IMG/VR virus record: IMGVR_UViG_3300043418_000072
Location: 62,001-126,000 of that record
Length of the DNA stretch: 64,000 bases
Strand: one strand, 5' to 3'
Shown: positions 35,860 through 44,612 of the stretch, piece after piece
Layout of the letters: each line of letters begins with the position of its first letter
Numbering within the stretch: position 1 is the first letter of the stretch
Translations under genes and position numbers: made by a program
Notes under the pieces: model-generated
What the model was told of the DNA's origin: nothing
Database searches by the model: none
The model's input: only the letters and a program-made list of their open reading frames with translations

Positions 35860-37550
35860 TGTGTGTCCTCTAAGTTGTCTAATGCTGTTTCGTCAAATTC
35901 AGTGTCGTCGTCGCTGCTTGGATCTTCTACAATAAACAGCTTGCCAAACATTGGTCGAGCACTTACTGCCTTCTTGCCCTTAAATCCGCGAGTACCAATA
36001 ATCTCAGTCCAGTAACCATTTGGGCCACCGTACATTTCGATAATCTCTTCTGCTGTTTCGCGATCAGGTGCTGCAAAAATAGCTTCAACAATGTCTTCAA
36101 AGAAAGGCGCAAGCGGCTTTTCTGATCGCATCATTGCTGGATGCTCACCTGCATCAAATCGTCTATTAGCTTCTTGTACCGCAGTCAAGTGCATCCATAC
36201 GTTATGTCCCATAAGCAATGCGTAACTAAAACTATCCCATGATGTTTTGCCCTCCTTGCTAATCTTATTTAGATCGCCGGGTTTATAGATGCAAATATCT
36301 TTCATTTTAAACAAGTCACTTAGTGGACTGTCTTCCCAGTTATCGTAGATACCATCTGCAACTACACCGGCACTCCACTTACGTGTATCGGTTGCGTACT
36401 TCTTATCATCTGCGCTCGGCGCCATACGATAAGACCATTTACCATCCTGTGGGAATACATTTTCAAAATATACTTGTCCATTAGCAGTGGCCAGAAACGG
36501 GCTTGCACAGTCGAAGCTAATAGTAAACGCAGGATTAACATACTTACGAATTGCACGTTGGATGACTGTGAGCAATACTGCCCATTCTAGTTTACTTGTG
36601 CCCAAGAAGTGCATCCAATCATGTTTGCCCTCTTGTAGTAAGTTGTCGTAACGTAGGGCCACTAGGCGTTTTAAGATCAAGTGTACGTCACACATGTTCT
36701 GACCTCCCATTGCCCAGCCATCAAAGTGCGTATCGGGATACTTAACAGGATCGCAATACTCTTTCATTACTTGATACCAATCTTCTGCGCTGTCATGATT
36801 GTCACCCTGGAGCACGTTTAAGAACTTAGTACCGCCGTTGTTCTTACCTTTACGCTGCGCCATAAAGTATTCGTTGTTATACTTTGTGGCCGCTACTGCT
36901 TCGTTGAGGGTTTTGATACCGCAGGCATCGCTGGCCTTCTTGTCATGGATAACCCAAGTTGGAATATCTAATCCCATACCGTAGTTACTGATACTATCTA
37001 GCCAGGTTAGAATCGCACTGCGCTTCTTTTGTGCTGCATCAATTAAATTTTGATAGTTTTTAGCATGATCAATAGTAACAGTCTTAGGGCCTTTTTTACC
37101 AATAACTGGCTTACCAGCTTTGTCTAACACCGGCTTAACTTCTACACCTAGTGCTACCATTGCAGCCATTTTGTCTTTGACTTCTTGGCTGTTAGGATCA
37201 CGCCATTCGCCTTCCCACAAGCCTTTGGCAATCTGGAATCCACCCGAGTCACCTAGCAGGATAGTGTTTGGGTCACGTTTGCGAACCATGTCCTCACTTG
37301 GGTCTTCTTTAGTGAGATCTAAGTTAGCATGTCCACCTGAATAGAGACTCCACTTATACGGGAACAAGCCCTTTTGATCGTTAAGCCAGTTCATCTGCTC
37401 CATGTCAGTTAGTCCTTGCGGGAAACGTGCTGGATCAACATAGTCGTTGTTAACACGCTGTTTGCCCACAAACGTACCGTAGAAGCCGCTAATAGCTGGC
37501 AAGAATACTGCGTAATCTTTTTGTTTGCTTGTTAAATTATCTTGGCTCAT
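35856..37550 (-). CDS. tRNA-guanine transglycosylase-fold protein (DpdA-like deazaguanine transferase)
   Basis: GDSGGFQI, LDIP, NVLQG, AMGG, HFLG and SFDCASP match the TGT catalytic motifs in order. No C-terminal Zn-binding CxCxxC. Sits in a folE/queD/queE context. Confidence 0.75.
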   Translation of the reverse strand: MSQDNLTSKQKDYAVFLPAISGFYGTFVGKQRVNNDYVDPARFPQGLTDMEQMNWLNDQKGLFPYKWSLYSGGHANLDLTKEDPSEDMVRKRDPNTILLGDSGGFQIAKGLWEGEWRDPNSQEVKDKMAAMVALGVEVKPVLDKAGKPVIGKKGPKTVTIDHAKNYQNLIDAAQKKRSAILTWLDSISNYGMGLDIPTWVIHDKKASDACGIKTLNEAVAATKYNNEYFMAQRKGKNNGGTKFLNVLQGDNHDSAEDWYQVMKEYCDPVKYPDTHFDGWAMGGQNMCDVHLILKRLVALRYDNLLQEGKHDWMHFLGTSKLEWAVLLTVIQRAIRKYVNPAFTISFDCASPFLATANGQVYFENVFPQDGKWSYRMAPSADDKKYATDTRKWSAGVVADGIYDNWEDSPLSDLFKMKDICIYKPGDLNKISKEGKTSWDSFSYALLMGHNVWMHLTAVQEANRRFDAGEHPAMMRSEKPLAPFFEDIVEAIFAAPDRETAEEIIEMYGGPNGYWTEIIGTRGFKGKKAVSARPMFGKLFIVEDPSSDDDTEFDETALDNLEDTQ

Positions 37551-38163
37551 TGTAATAGTTTGCTGTTTTAATTAGTTCGTAGTCGGCAGCATATCGCGCA
37601 ATAATCTTAGCACGTAGAACGGGATCTTGTTCTACTCTGAATCTCATGTGCTTGGCAATCATTTTAGTATCGTAATTGTCTTCGCCTGCGTTATCTGCTA
37701 TAGGGTTATTTAGACCTAGCTTGCAATCTAAAAAACTTTCTAAGTTCATTCCCAACTCGTAATTGAGTTTAAAGAATGTAATCTTATGGTCACCTAGTTG
37801 CTCTACGTATTTTACTTGTTCAGTGGTGTGGTCGTCAAATACAATTTGATCAAAGATGATTCGCTGTGTGAGATCATTATAGTCTTCCCTGAAATGATCG
37901 CTACCATATCCTTCCCCGAGCAACCAGCTAGCTGCATACGTTGCAAAGCCACTGAGCCAACGATCAACTGGATCACGTAGAACAACTATACATTCCTTAA
38001 TATCGGGACTGTATACGTCATTGTGACACCAATCATTGGCAACCAGCAAATTGCTCATATATGTGCTGGCGTTCTTGGGGATACTTAAATAGAAAATCCC
38101 AGTAGGGGATATTAACCCACTACCGGGACGGTATCCTCTAGGTATCAGATGACCTAAAGACAT
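37537..38163 (-). CDS. Sulfotransferase family 2-like protein
   Basis: IPKNAST (5'-PSB), LRDPVDRWLSG (3'-PB) and Y..DY.L motifs. Confidence 0.7.
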   Translation of the reverse strand: MSLGHLIPRGYRPGSGLISPTGIFYLSIPKNASTYMSNLLVANDWCHNDVYSPDIKECIVVLRDPVDRWLSGFATYAASWLLGEGYGSDHFREDYNDLTQRIIFDQIVFDDHTTEQVKYVEQLGDHKITFFKLNYELGMNLESFLDCKLGLNNPIADNAGEDNYDTKMIAKHMRFRVEQDPVLRAKIIARYAADYELIKTANYYNEPR

Positions 38164-38897
38164 TACTTCTGTTGAGCAGGAATAATGTAGCTGTAATCAG
38201 CAATGCCGCTGTCAACGGTAATCATTGCAGCACCTTCATCGCTGATCTTGAAGGTCTTGTCACCCGGCAATCCGAGGATGCTAATAACTGCGTCTACTGG
38301 CCAAGACCAGCTCTTAGTTAATGTGCCACTAACGTTGTTATCAAAAACAAAGTTACCTGCGTGACTTGACGAATCACCGAAGAAGAACTTGAGTGCTCCG
38401 TTTTCTGTTTTAGCAGTAAACGTAGTTTCTTCGCTGTTAGCACTAGCCATGAAGCGCATACGCTGGATGCTGGCAATAGTAGGAACTACATCAACACCCC
38501 AACGAACGCCTTTGAACTTAACTGCTTTGAGTTTGTCGTTAACAACTTCTGCACTCATGAAGCGATAATCGTTCTTAAAGTCACCATCTTTGTTTTCAAA
38601 GTGGATACCAGCTGGAACAGTTTCGCCTGCAGAGTTTTGCTGTGTGTTAATGCTCAACTTAGCATCGTCGCGATATACTTCGATGTTAAGGATTGTTTTT
38701 AGTTTGCCCAAGTTAGGCATACCAAACGTACCAACAAATTCTGGTACTGGGTTTTTAAATTTAGCCTCAACAATAACCGAACGATCTTCGGCGATTGTGT
38801 TTAGGACTGTTTCGCTTGCAGTGCCGGTCACTTTAACCAACTCAATTGAACCTAGTCCAAATGTGTGCTGTACGATGTCTTTTAGATTGTCTTGCAT
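38163..38897 (-). CDS. Probable sliding clamp (gp45-like processivity factor)
   Basis: 244 aa, two-repeat beta-rich pattern ending in Y.YIIPA, near the DNA polymerase; GGAG RBS and TAAATA upstream. Confidence 0.55.
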   Translation of the reverse strand: MQDNLKDIVQHTFGLGSIELVKVTGTASETVLNTIAEDRSVIVEAKFKNPVPEFVGTFGMPNLGKLKTILNIEVYRDDAKLSINTQQNSAGETVPAGIHFENKDGDFKNDYRFMSAEVVNDKLKAVKFKGVRWGVDVVPTIASIQRMRFMASANSEETTFTAKTENGALKFFFGDSSSHAGNFVFDNNVSGTLTKSWSWPVDAVISILGLPGDKTFKISDEGAAMITVDSGIADYSYIIPAQQK

Positions 38898-38943
38898 GTG
38901 TTCTCCAATGTAATGTGTAGTATATAGATATATTTAGAAAATA

Positions 38944-39879
38944 TCAAGGGTTAACGTATTTTATTTCACCTAAAACTTGATGAGCTTTAATCATTTTAAG
39001 TGTTCCGGGTTTTCTGATCTCTAACCAGCTTACTGCGGGTTCGATATCAGTTGTGCCAATCACTTCATACCCAAGTTCTTCGCAAATGGGAACTAGAAGA
39101 TGCTTGGGCGCATAGCTCATAAAGTAGCTGTCGGCATACGCTGCGCCTGCTGCTAAGTCTGCGTTGTTGTAACTGAACATGAATGTTCCGCCTGGGCGAA
39201 GCAGAGTGAATACCTGTGTTAGATAATGTTTAATGTTAGCCAATGTCAAGTAGTTAAAGAAGTTCCAACTAAACACAAAACCATATTGATTCTGAGGTAG
39301 CATGGATAGATTTTGATTTTCAATCAAGTATGGGCGCAGGCGTTGTTGGTACTCTTCAGGATAGTTACTGGATGTGCTATCTAAAAACTCCTGGAATACA
39401 TCTGTAATGTACAATGGGTCGCAACTTACTAGATACTTGGTCCAGTGTCCATCACGGCAACCGATTTCCAATCCAGGGTATCGCCAATCAACATATAAGT
39501 CAATGGCCCTAGTAACGATTTCGTCTGCACCGTTTGGTACATACAGTTGACGCACTTGACGTATACGTTCTGCATTAGCATACCGCAATTCATCTTGATA
39601 ATCGACTGCATCAAACTTAGCAGTGGCATCAGTTAGGTCTTGTCCAACAATATCTTTAATGTCATCAACTAGCGCCAATGGCTTATGCAAGCTAGCCTTG
39701 ATTTCTCGTAAGCTAGTTTGCAATTGATCTAATCTGTAGGCATAGTCTTCTGTGTACTTTCCCTTGATTAGATCAATATTGCCTACTATAGCATCAATCT
39801 CGTGCTCAATGCCTTTAGTAGGCACCAAGTCCACAAGAGCTTGCTGTAGCTCTACAACATCGTGTAGTTTCATAGTCAT
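38944..39879 (-). CDS. Class I SAM-dependent methyltransferase with coiled-coil N-terminus
   Basis: GLEIG, FVFSWNFFNY and LLRPGGTFMF motifs. Confidence 0.75.
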   Translation of the reverse strand: MTMKLHDVVELQQALVDLVPTKGIEHEIDAIVGNIDLIKGKYTEDYAYRLDQLQTSLREIKASLHKPLALVDDIKDIVGQDLTDATAKFDAVDYQDELRYANAERIRQVRQLYVPNGADEIVTRAIDLYVDWRYPGLEIGCRDGHWTKYLVSCDPLYITDVFQEFLDSTSSNYPEEYQQRLRPYLIENQNLSMLPQNQYGFVFSWNFFNYLTLANIKHYLTQVFTLLRPGGTFMFSYNNADLAAGAAYADSYFMSYAPKHLLVPICEELGYEVIGTTDIEPAVSWLEIRKPGTLKMIKAHQVLGEIKYVNP

Positions 39880-39882
39880 GGA

Positions 39883-42552
39883 TTATTCCCAACTAAACAA
39901 ACTATCAAACGTTGTTTTAATGTCAGTGCTCTCAGAGATCTTCCACTCCAATACTCCCAACAAGTTCTCAACCTTTTGGTCCACGATAGTGGTTTCCATT
40001 AAGTCTTGGTCAAACGGCAAATCCTTGAACCATTGCGGGATGTGTGCTTCGTCGGTTGGATAACCAACGCTGGTATAACCCAATGGATTATCCTTTAGCT
40101 TACATACGATAGTCTTCATACCGTCAACAATACCTGTTGAGTAGTTGTCACTGTGCATACGCTTTAGGCTGTTCCAGTTCATAGCGGCGCGAACGTGTCC
40201 GGGCATGTTGGCTTTACCTTGTGCAACTTCTGCCGCAGTGTACTTGGTTAAGTTGTTTACACGTTTGGGTGTGCCCTTTTCCCAAGCTGGCTTTGCAGCA
40301 AACTCTAGTTTGAAGTTACGCACCTTGTCAATTACAACTTGGCGTACATCGTCGCCTTCGCTAGTTAACACATCAAGCAAAATCTCACTCAGGAAGTCTT
40401 GTACAATCTTAGGTGTATCACTACGCTTCAAGTCAAGGCCCATGGCTTTAACTTTGCCTGGCTTACCATCTGTATCCAATCGCTTGTTTTCCAAATCGTA
40501 AATTAGCACTGCGTAACGTTTCTTCTTGATAAACAAACCTTTGTAAGCAACTAGTTCACGTCCACCTTTAATGATAGCACCCATTTCTCGCGGACAGTGA
40601 CATGCACGTTCCATGAATTCCGGAAAGCTATCGTTGACTCCGTCAGCAATGGTATCGTAGAGTTGAACGCAGATGTCTTTGTTCCACTCCATCGTACCTG
40701 CTTCTACTTCCGCTTTAATGGCAGGCCACGCACTAAAGTATACCGAGTCTGTGTCACCGTAGATAACCGAGTCACCAACGTGGTCATATTTGCCAGTAAT
40801 CGCTTCGTTGACTGTTGCGTCCATGTGCTTGGCGATGATGCGGCCAGTGAGCGTTGTGCTCTGACCAATGCGTTGATCGAAGAAGCGACAACCTGCATTG
40901 AGGATGGCGCCGTATAAGCTGTTGAGGTTAATTTTTTTAACGAGCTGTCGCTTGTCCCAGAACGCTGTGTCCTCAGGAGTTGTTGCGGTCTTCTTTTTGG
41001 CTTGCATTTCTTTTCGTTCGGCATACCATCTTTCTAGCAGTCCGGGAATAATACCCTTCATGTCATATTTAAAAATTGTACCATTGGCACTGATAGTCCA
41101 AGGCTGATTACCTTCAAAGATAATCTTCCACACATCGGCTGCACTGTGTACAGTTTCGCCGCCACCTTCCCAATCAATGGTGATTTCTGTACCGGGCTTG
41201 CCTTCCATTACCGCTTGATACTCTAGTGTACCAAACATGTTTTCCCAAGCATCTGCAAAACTAGACCCTGCGGCCATTTTGTCTGCAATATACTTGTCAG
41301 TCATTGTGGTTCGCAGTTGTCCGACGATTGTTTCTGGGCCCATGTTAAGGGCTCGAATAGCCGAGGGGTAGAGCGAGTTAATGTCAATCGCTCCGATGTA
41401 GTTGTGTACTCCCTTTTTGGGGTAAGCAACGTAGGCACCTGCCGCTTGTGTTTCACCTTGATCATCTCGACTCTTTCTATTAGGAACAATCATACCTCTT
41501 GCGTGAGCTTCGTTGATAATCGCCTGCTCCGTTACAGCTACCGCACCCATTGTGGTCTGTAACAACACGGTGTTGTCGTGTGCAAGTTCGTTAGCAAGAT
41601 CTAGGAAACGTAGTTTCTTGTCTAGCTTTGCTAACAACATGGTATCTTGTCGGTTATATTCAATAAACGTAGGAAAGTCTTTGTTGTACAATTGGTCCAA
41701 CGTGCCTTCGTAGGCTGTCTTACGCTCATCTAGTTCATATTCGCCAATGGCGTCCAAACTATAACTGTGTCGTTCTTCATATGTGTACTTGCGGTACAGT
41801 TGCATATAGTCCAAATGCACACGACCCAACAAGTCGAATGTCAATTGTTCTGCACCAAAACGTTCAAACATACGCTGCTTCGGCATTTGTCCCCACAAGC
41901 ATAATCGTCTAGTGTCGTCTTTACTCAACACCTTAGTAATACGCATTGTGGTATAGGGAATATCAAAGCCTTCACTGTTCCAACCACTTAGGATGTCTGC
42001 GTCTTCAATCAAGTCAAGGAACGTGTCTAGCATGTCCTTTTCTTTTTCAAACAGATAGCAGTTTTCAAAGCGATTACAAATCTCTTGTGCAGTTTCCCAG
42101 CTATAGGTCTTAGGTGGTACTACTAGAGTAACCATCTTGTCTAGCCAGTCTAGGTACACAGAGATAGCAGTAATTGGGTTAAAGGGATCTTCAGGTCGAC
42201 TGTAACCACGTACTGGATCAAAGTCGACCTCAATGTCGAAAAAGGCTGTTTGTAGCTTAGGTGAGCTAGCGCCTAAGTAGTTACTTTCAAGGCAACGAAA
42301 GATTGGGTTAATATCACTTTCCCAAAGTCTCTTGTCGCTGTTGATGCGTAGCTCTTTCTGGTACTCTTTGTTGTTACGAGTACTAAATCTAGACACAGGT
42401 GTGTCGTAGATGGTGCGGAACTTGCCGCGTGGATCGTCATAATAAAACATGTATTCGGCTGGGTATTCACGAAAAACACGTTCGCCGTTAACTCGTTCTA
42501 CTACATGGATCTTGTCTTTTGCTCTGTCAAAGATTGCGTCAACGTAACTCAT
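39883..42552 (-). CDS. Family B DNA polymerase (gp43-like)
   Basis: Exo I FDIEV, Exo II WNSEGFDIPY, DINSLYPS, K.NLNSLYG, YGDTDS and KKRY motifs. Confidence 0.97.
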   Translation of the reverse strand: MSYVDAIFDRAKDKIHVVERVNGERVFREYPAEYMFYYDDPRGKFRTIYDTPVSRFSTRNNKEYQKELRINSDKRLWESDINPIFRCLESNYLGASSPKLQTAFFDIEVDFDPVRGYSRPEDPFNPITAISVYLDWLDKMVTLVVPPKTYSWETAQEICNRFENCYLFEKEKDMLDTFLDLIEDADILSGWNSEGFDIPYTTMRITKVLSKDDTRRLCLWGQMPKQRMFERFGAEQLTFDLLGRVHLDYMQLYRKYTYEERHSYSLDAIGEYELDERKTAYEGTLDQLYNKDFPTFIEYNRQDTMLLAKLDKKLRFLDLANELAHDNTVLLQTTMGAVAVTEQAIINEAHARGMIVPNRKSRDDQGETQAAGAYVAYPKKGVHNYIGAIDINSLYPSAIRALNMGPETIVGQLRTTMTDKYIADKMAAGSSFADAWENMFGTLEYQAVMEGKPGTEITIDWEGGGETVHSAADVWKIIFEGNQPWTISANGTIFKYDMKGIIPGLLERWYAERKEMQAKKKTATTPEDTAFWDKRQLVKKINLNSLYGAILNAGCRFFDQRIGQSTTLTGRIIAKHMDATVNEAITGKYDHVGDSVIYGDTDSVYFSAWPAIKAEVEAGTMEWNKDICVQLYDTIADGVNDSFPEFMERACHCPREMGAIIKGGRELVAYKGLFIKKKRYAVLIYDLENKRLDTDGKPGKVKAMGLDLKRSDTPKIVQDFLSEILLDVLTSEGDDVRQVVIDKVRNFKLEFAAKPAWEKGTPKRVNNLTKYTAAEVAQGKANMPGHVRAAMNWNSLKRMHSDNYSTGIVDGMKTIVCKLKDNPLGYTSVGYPTDEAHIPQWFKDLPFDQDLMETTIVDQKVENLLGVLEWKISESTDIKTTFDSLFSWE

Positions 42553-42701
42553 TTGTTTTCGCCTCTGATCATTGCTACGTCTTCTAGCACAAAGCTGTCA
42601 ATGGCGCACTGTCTAATGCAGCCATTTGGGTGAAAGCAGTTTTCGCACTGCTCGCAAATTTCGATGAGGTCCTCATCTTCGAAGTAATTTCGATTACTCA
42701 T
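42549..42701 (-). CDS. Small Cys-rich hypothetical protein
   Basis: AGGAG RBS; CEQCENC.H...C...C; ATGA-coupled to the polymerase gene. Confidence 0.5.
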   Translation of the reverse strand: MSNRNYFEDEDLIEICEQCENCFHPNGCIRQCAIDSFVLEDVAMIRGENK

Positions 42702-42766
42702 ATTTTCTCCTAAGTGTAATTTTGAGCTCACACATACTCTACATGCCCGTAAGGTGGGCGATTCCG

Positions 42767-43054
42767 TTACATTGTGACTAACCTAAACAATGCAACACTG
42801 TCAATACTTACCAATAACACATAGTTAGCTAACATTCCAAAGCTACCTCTAGACCACGCACTCCACCCAAAAATAGCACACTGACTAATAAACAGTGGGT
42901 ACAGTATAAGGAAGGGTGGGGTAGGAACAGTCAGCATCATAGTGACAGAACACCCGATACTAGCTATCCACGCCGCTACTTCTAAACAGAAACGGAAGGG
43001 CCAGGCCTTAAAGTCGGCCTTAATCCATTTCCAAATGTCAATAACAACGTTCAA
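42767..43054 (-). CDS. Small membrane protein (3 transmembrane segments)
   Basis: Three hydrophobic segments. Confidence 0.7.
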   Translation of the reverse strand: MNVVIDIWKWIKADFKAWPFRFCLEVAAWIASIGCSVTMMLTVPTPPFLILYPLFISQCAIFGWSAWSRGSFGMLANYVLLVSIDSVALFRLVTM

Positions 43055-43326
43055 AGGGTTTTGCCCACAGTTTCGAGGATTGTGTTAAGCTCGTCGTGAT
43101 CGCGATTGGTCTCACCTAACTTAGCCTTGTATGCAATGCGTACTGCTTTCTTAAGGATAGCTGGTTTGATTTCCAGTTCTTCTGCGATAGCTTTGATTGT
43201 GTCGTTAAGGCCTTCGTTCAAAGTCTCAACTTCATTCATGACTTGCATGCCTTCGTTAACCAATTGAAGCAATTTGATTTTTGCATCACCGTTGAAGCTG
43301 CGGTTGTATCCGTTGTCGTTATCCAT
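43051..43326 (-). CDS. DsbA/GapR-like small dsDNA-binding protein (tentative)
   Basis: L.EGL.DTIKAIAEELEIKP..LKKA.RIA helical pattern; AGGAG RBS before the ATG at 43326. Confidence 0.5.
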   Translation of the reverse strand: MDNDNGYNRSFNGDAKIKLLQLVNEGMQVMNEVETLNEGLNDTIKAIAEELEIKPAILKKAVRIAYKAKLGETNRDHDELNTILETVGKTL

Positions 43327-43348
43327 ATAATCTCCTGTTGAAAAACAT

Positions 43349-43377
43349 ATTGTACAGTTACTTATTTGCAAAAGCAA
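43349..43377 (-). promoter_or_regulatory. Sigma70-type promoter
   Basis: TTGCTT-17 nt-TACAAT with an extended TG. Confidence 0.6.
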
Positions 43378-43387
43378 CGGATATCGG

Positions 43388-43505
43388 AAAAAGTGCTCAC
43401 TTTAGCAAGAGCCTGGCGTAGCCGATTGCTGGGGCAGCAGCCGCCCCTGTGACGCCTGGAGCAGAGCTCCTAACCGTTGACATCAACGGACCTAAGGTAG
43501 GTTTG
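43388..43505 (-). ncRNA. Candidate structured non-coding RNA (multi-stem, two possible pseudoknots)
   Basis: GC-rich intergenic segment with stems CCGTTGA/TCAACGG, GGAGC/GCTCC, GGGGC/GCCCC and AGCAA/TTGCT, plus long-range GGCGT/ACGCC. Strand inferred from the operon. Confidence 0.5.
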
Positions 43506-43511
43506 GTTTCT

Positions 43512-44612
43512 TCACAAGCTCAATTCGTCATCTTGCTTGTGAAGGTGTGCTTTTATTAATTTATCAATATATCCAAGGTTGCGTAAAACTTTGTAGGCCA
43601 AGTTTTCTACACCAAACTCACCGTATTGGTCTAGTCCACTTCTGCGCATCTTGCGGATCTTATCTGTAATGCGTTGTATGTCTGCTGAATCATCTGCGGT
43701 AGCTAATGCGGTATCGATTTGTTTAATTAGGTCGTGTACTTTGTGGTTAACCGCAGAATCATCAATGCTTGGTGGTTCAAACTTGGGTTCGTTAATCCAA
43801 CGATCGTTCAGGATACTGTAGACACCTGCACTAACTGGTGGTTCTTCAGAATCCTCTACATATAGTTCTACATCGTATCCACGAATGGTTACATCGTGTG
43901 CGTCATTCCATATTTGTTTTTTAGCACGATAAAACGCCGCAGCAATATCGTCGCATTGTAGGTCAGAGTAGCGAGTGACAATATGAAGGTCAAAATCGCT
44001 GTATTTCGTGTAGTTATAGTTACACATACTACCGGTTAAGACGATATCTAGCACCTTAAAGTCAGGTATTTCCAAGTAGTCTACAAACACCTTGGCGATC
44101 TGCATTAGCTTTAATTTAACTTCTGGACGTAAGCGATCGTTTTTCCATGCAGCAGAATTTAGGGTGTCGTGGTAAGCAATGTTGTTTTGTACGTATTCAA
44201 AGTCTTCTTTGATAATAGCAGGCTCGTTAAAGAACTTAGGGTACTTCTTGCCAAACTCACGCAAAACAACCCCAGCCATTGCGTTTGCTTCATTTTCTTC
44301 TGGACTACCTGTTGCGCCTGCGCCGGGTGGTAAACGATCTTCTTCGCGCTGCCGCCAATGCACTAGCTCGTGTGCTAGTGTACGTAGAATATCAATCGGG
44401 TGACGGTGTTCGATTGCAATGTAAATGGTTTCCGTTGCATCGTTATATGCACCAAAGCTACCTTGTTCATCATTGCCCGGCATTACTAGTACCGGGACAA
44501 TTTTAGGTAGCTTTTCAATCTCAAGGATGCGAACAGCGATAGGCAAAAACTTTGCTATCGCATGTACGAATCCCGAAGTTGATTTATCTGTGCTTCTTGG
44601 CATCGTTGGCAA
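43512..44612 (-). CDS. HExxH metallopeptidase-like domain fused to a Pol-beta-type nucleotidyltransferase
   Basis: LAHELVH...ENEANA, then GS..NYNY...SDFDLH...DVELY. Confidence 0.7.
   Translation of the reverse strand: MPTMPRSTDKSTSGFVHAIAKFLPIAVRILEIEKLPKIVPVLVMPGNDEQGSFGAYNDATETIYIAIEHRHPIDILRTLAHELVHWRQREEDRLPPGAGATGSPEENEANAMAGVVLREFGKKYPKFFNEPAIIKEDFEYVQNNIAYHDTLNSAAWKNDRLRPEVKLKLMQIAKVFVDYLEIPDFKVLDIVLTGSMCNYNYTKYSDFDLHIVTRYSDLQCDDIAAAFYRAKKQIWNDAHDVTIRGYDVELYVEDSEEPPVSAGVYSILNDRWINEPKFEPPSIDDSAVNHKVHDLIKQIDTALATADDSADIQRITDKIRKMRRSGLDQYGEFGVENLAYKVLRNLGYIDKLIKAHLHKQDDELSL

Noticed and set aside
35856-37550. Canonical bacterial tRNA-guanine transglycosylase (tgt)
   Set aside because: It is much longer, has insertions, and lacks the TPxFMPVGT N-terminus and the Zn site. 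The context favours a DNA- or nucleotide-directed DpdA-like role, so no gene symbol is given.
39883-42552. Intein or intron in the DNA polymerase
   Set aside because: The 889 aa ORF is continuous with normally spaced motifs, and no intein termini or LAGLIDADG motifs are visible.
43388-43505. tRNA or tmRNA
   Set aside because: No cloverleaf, no TTC T-loop or CCA end, and too short for tmRNA. Kept as an unclassified ncRNA candidate.
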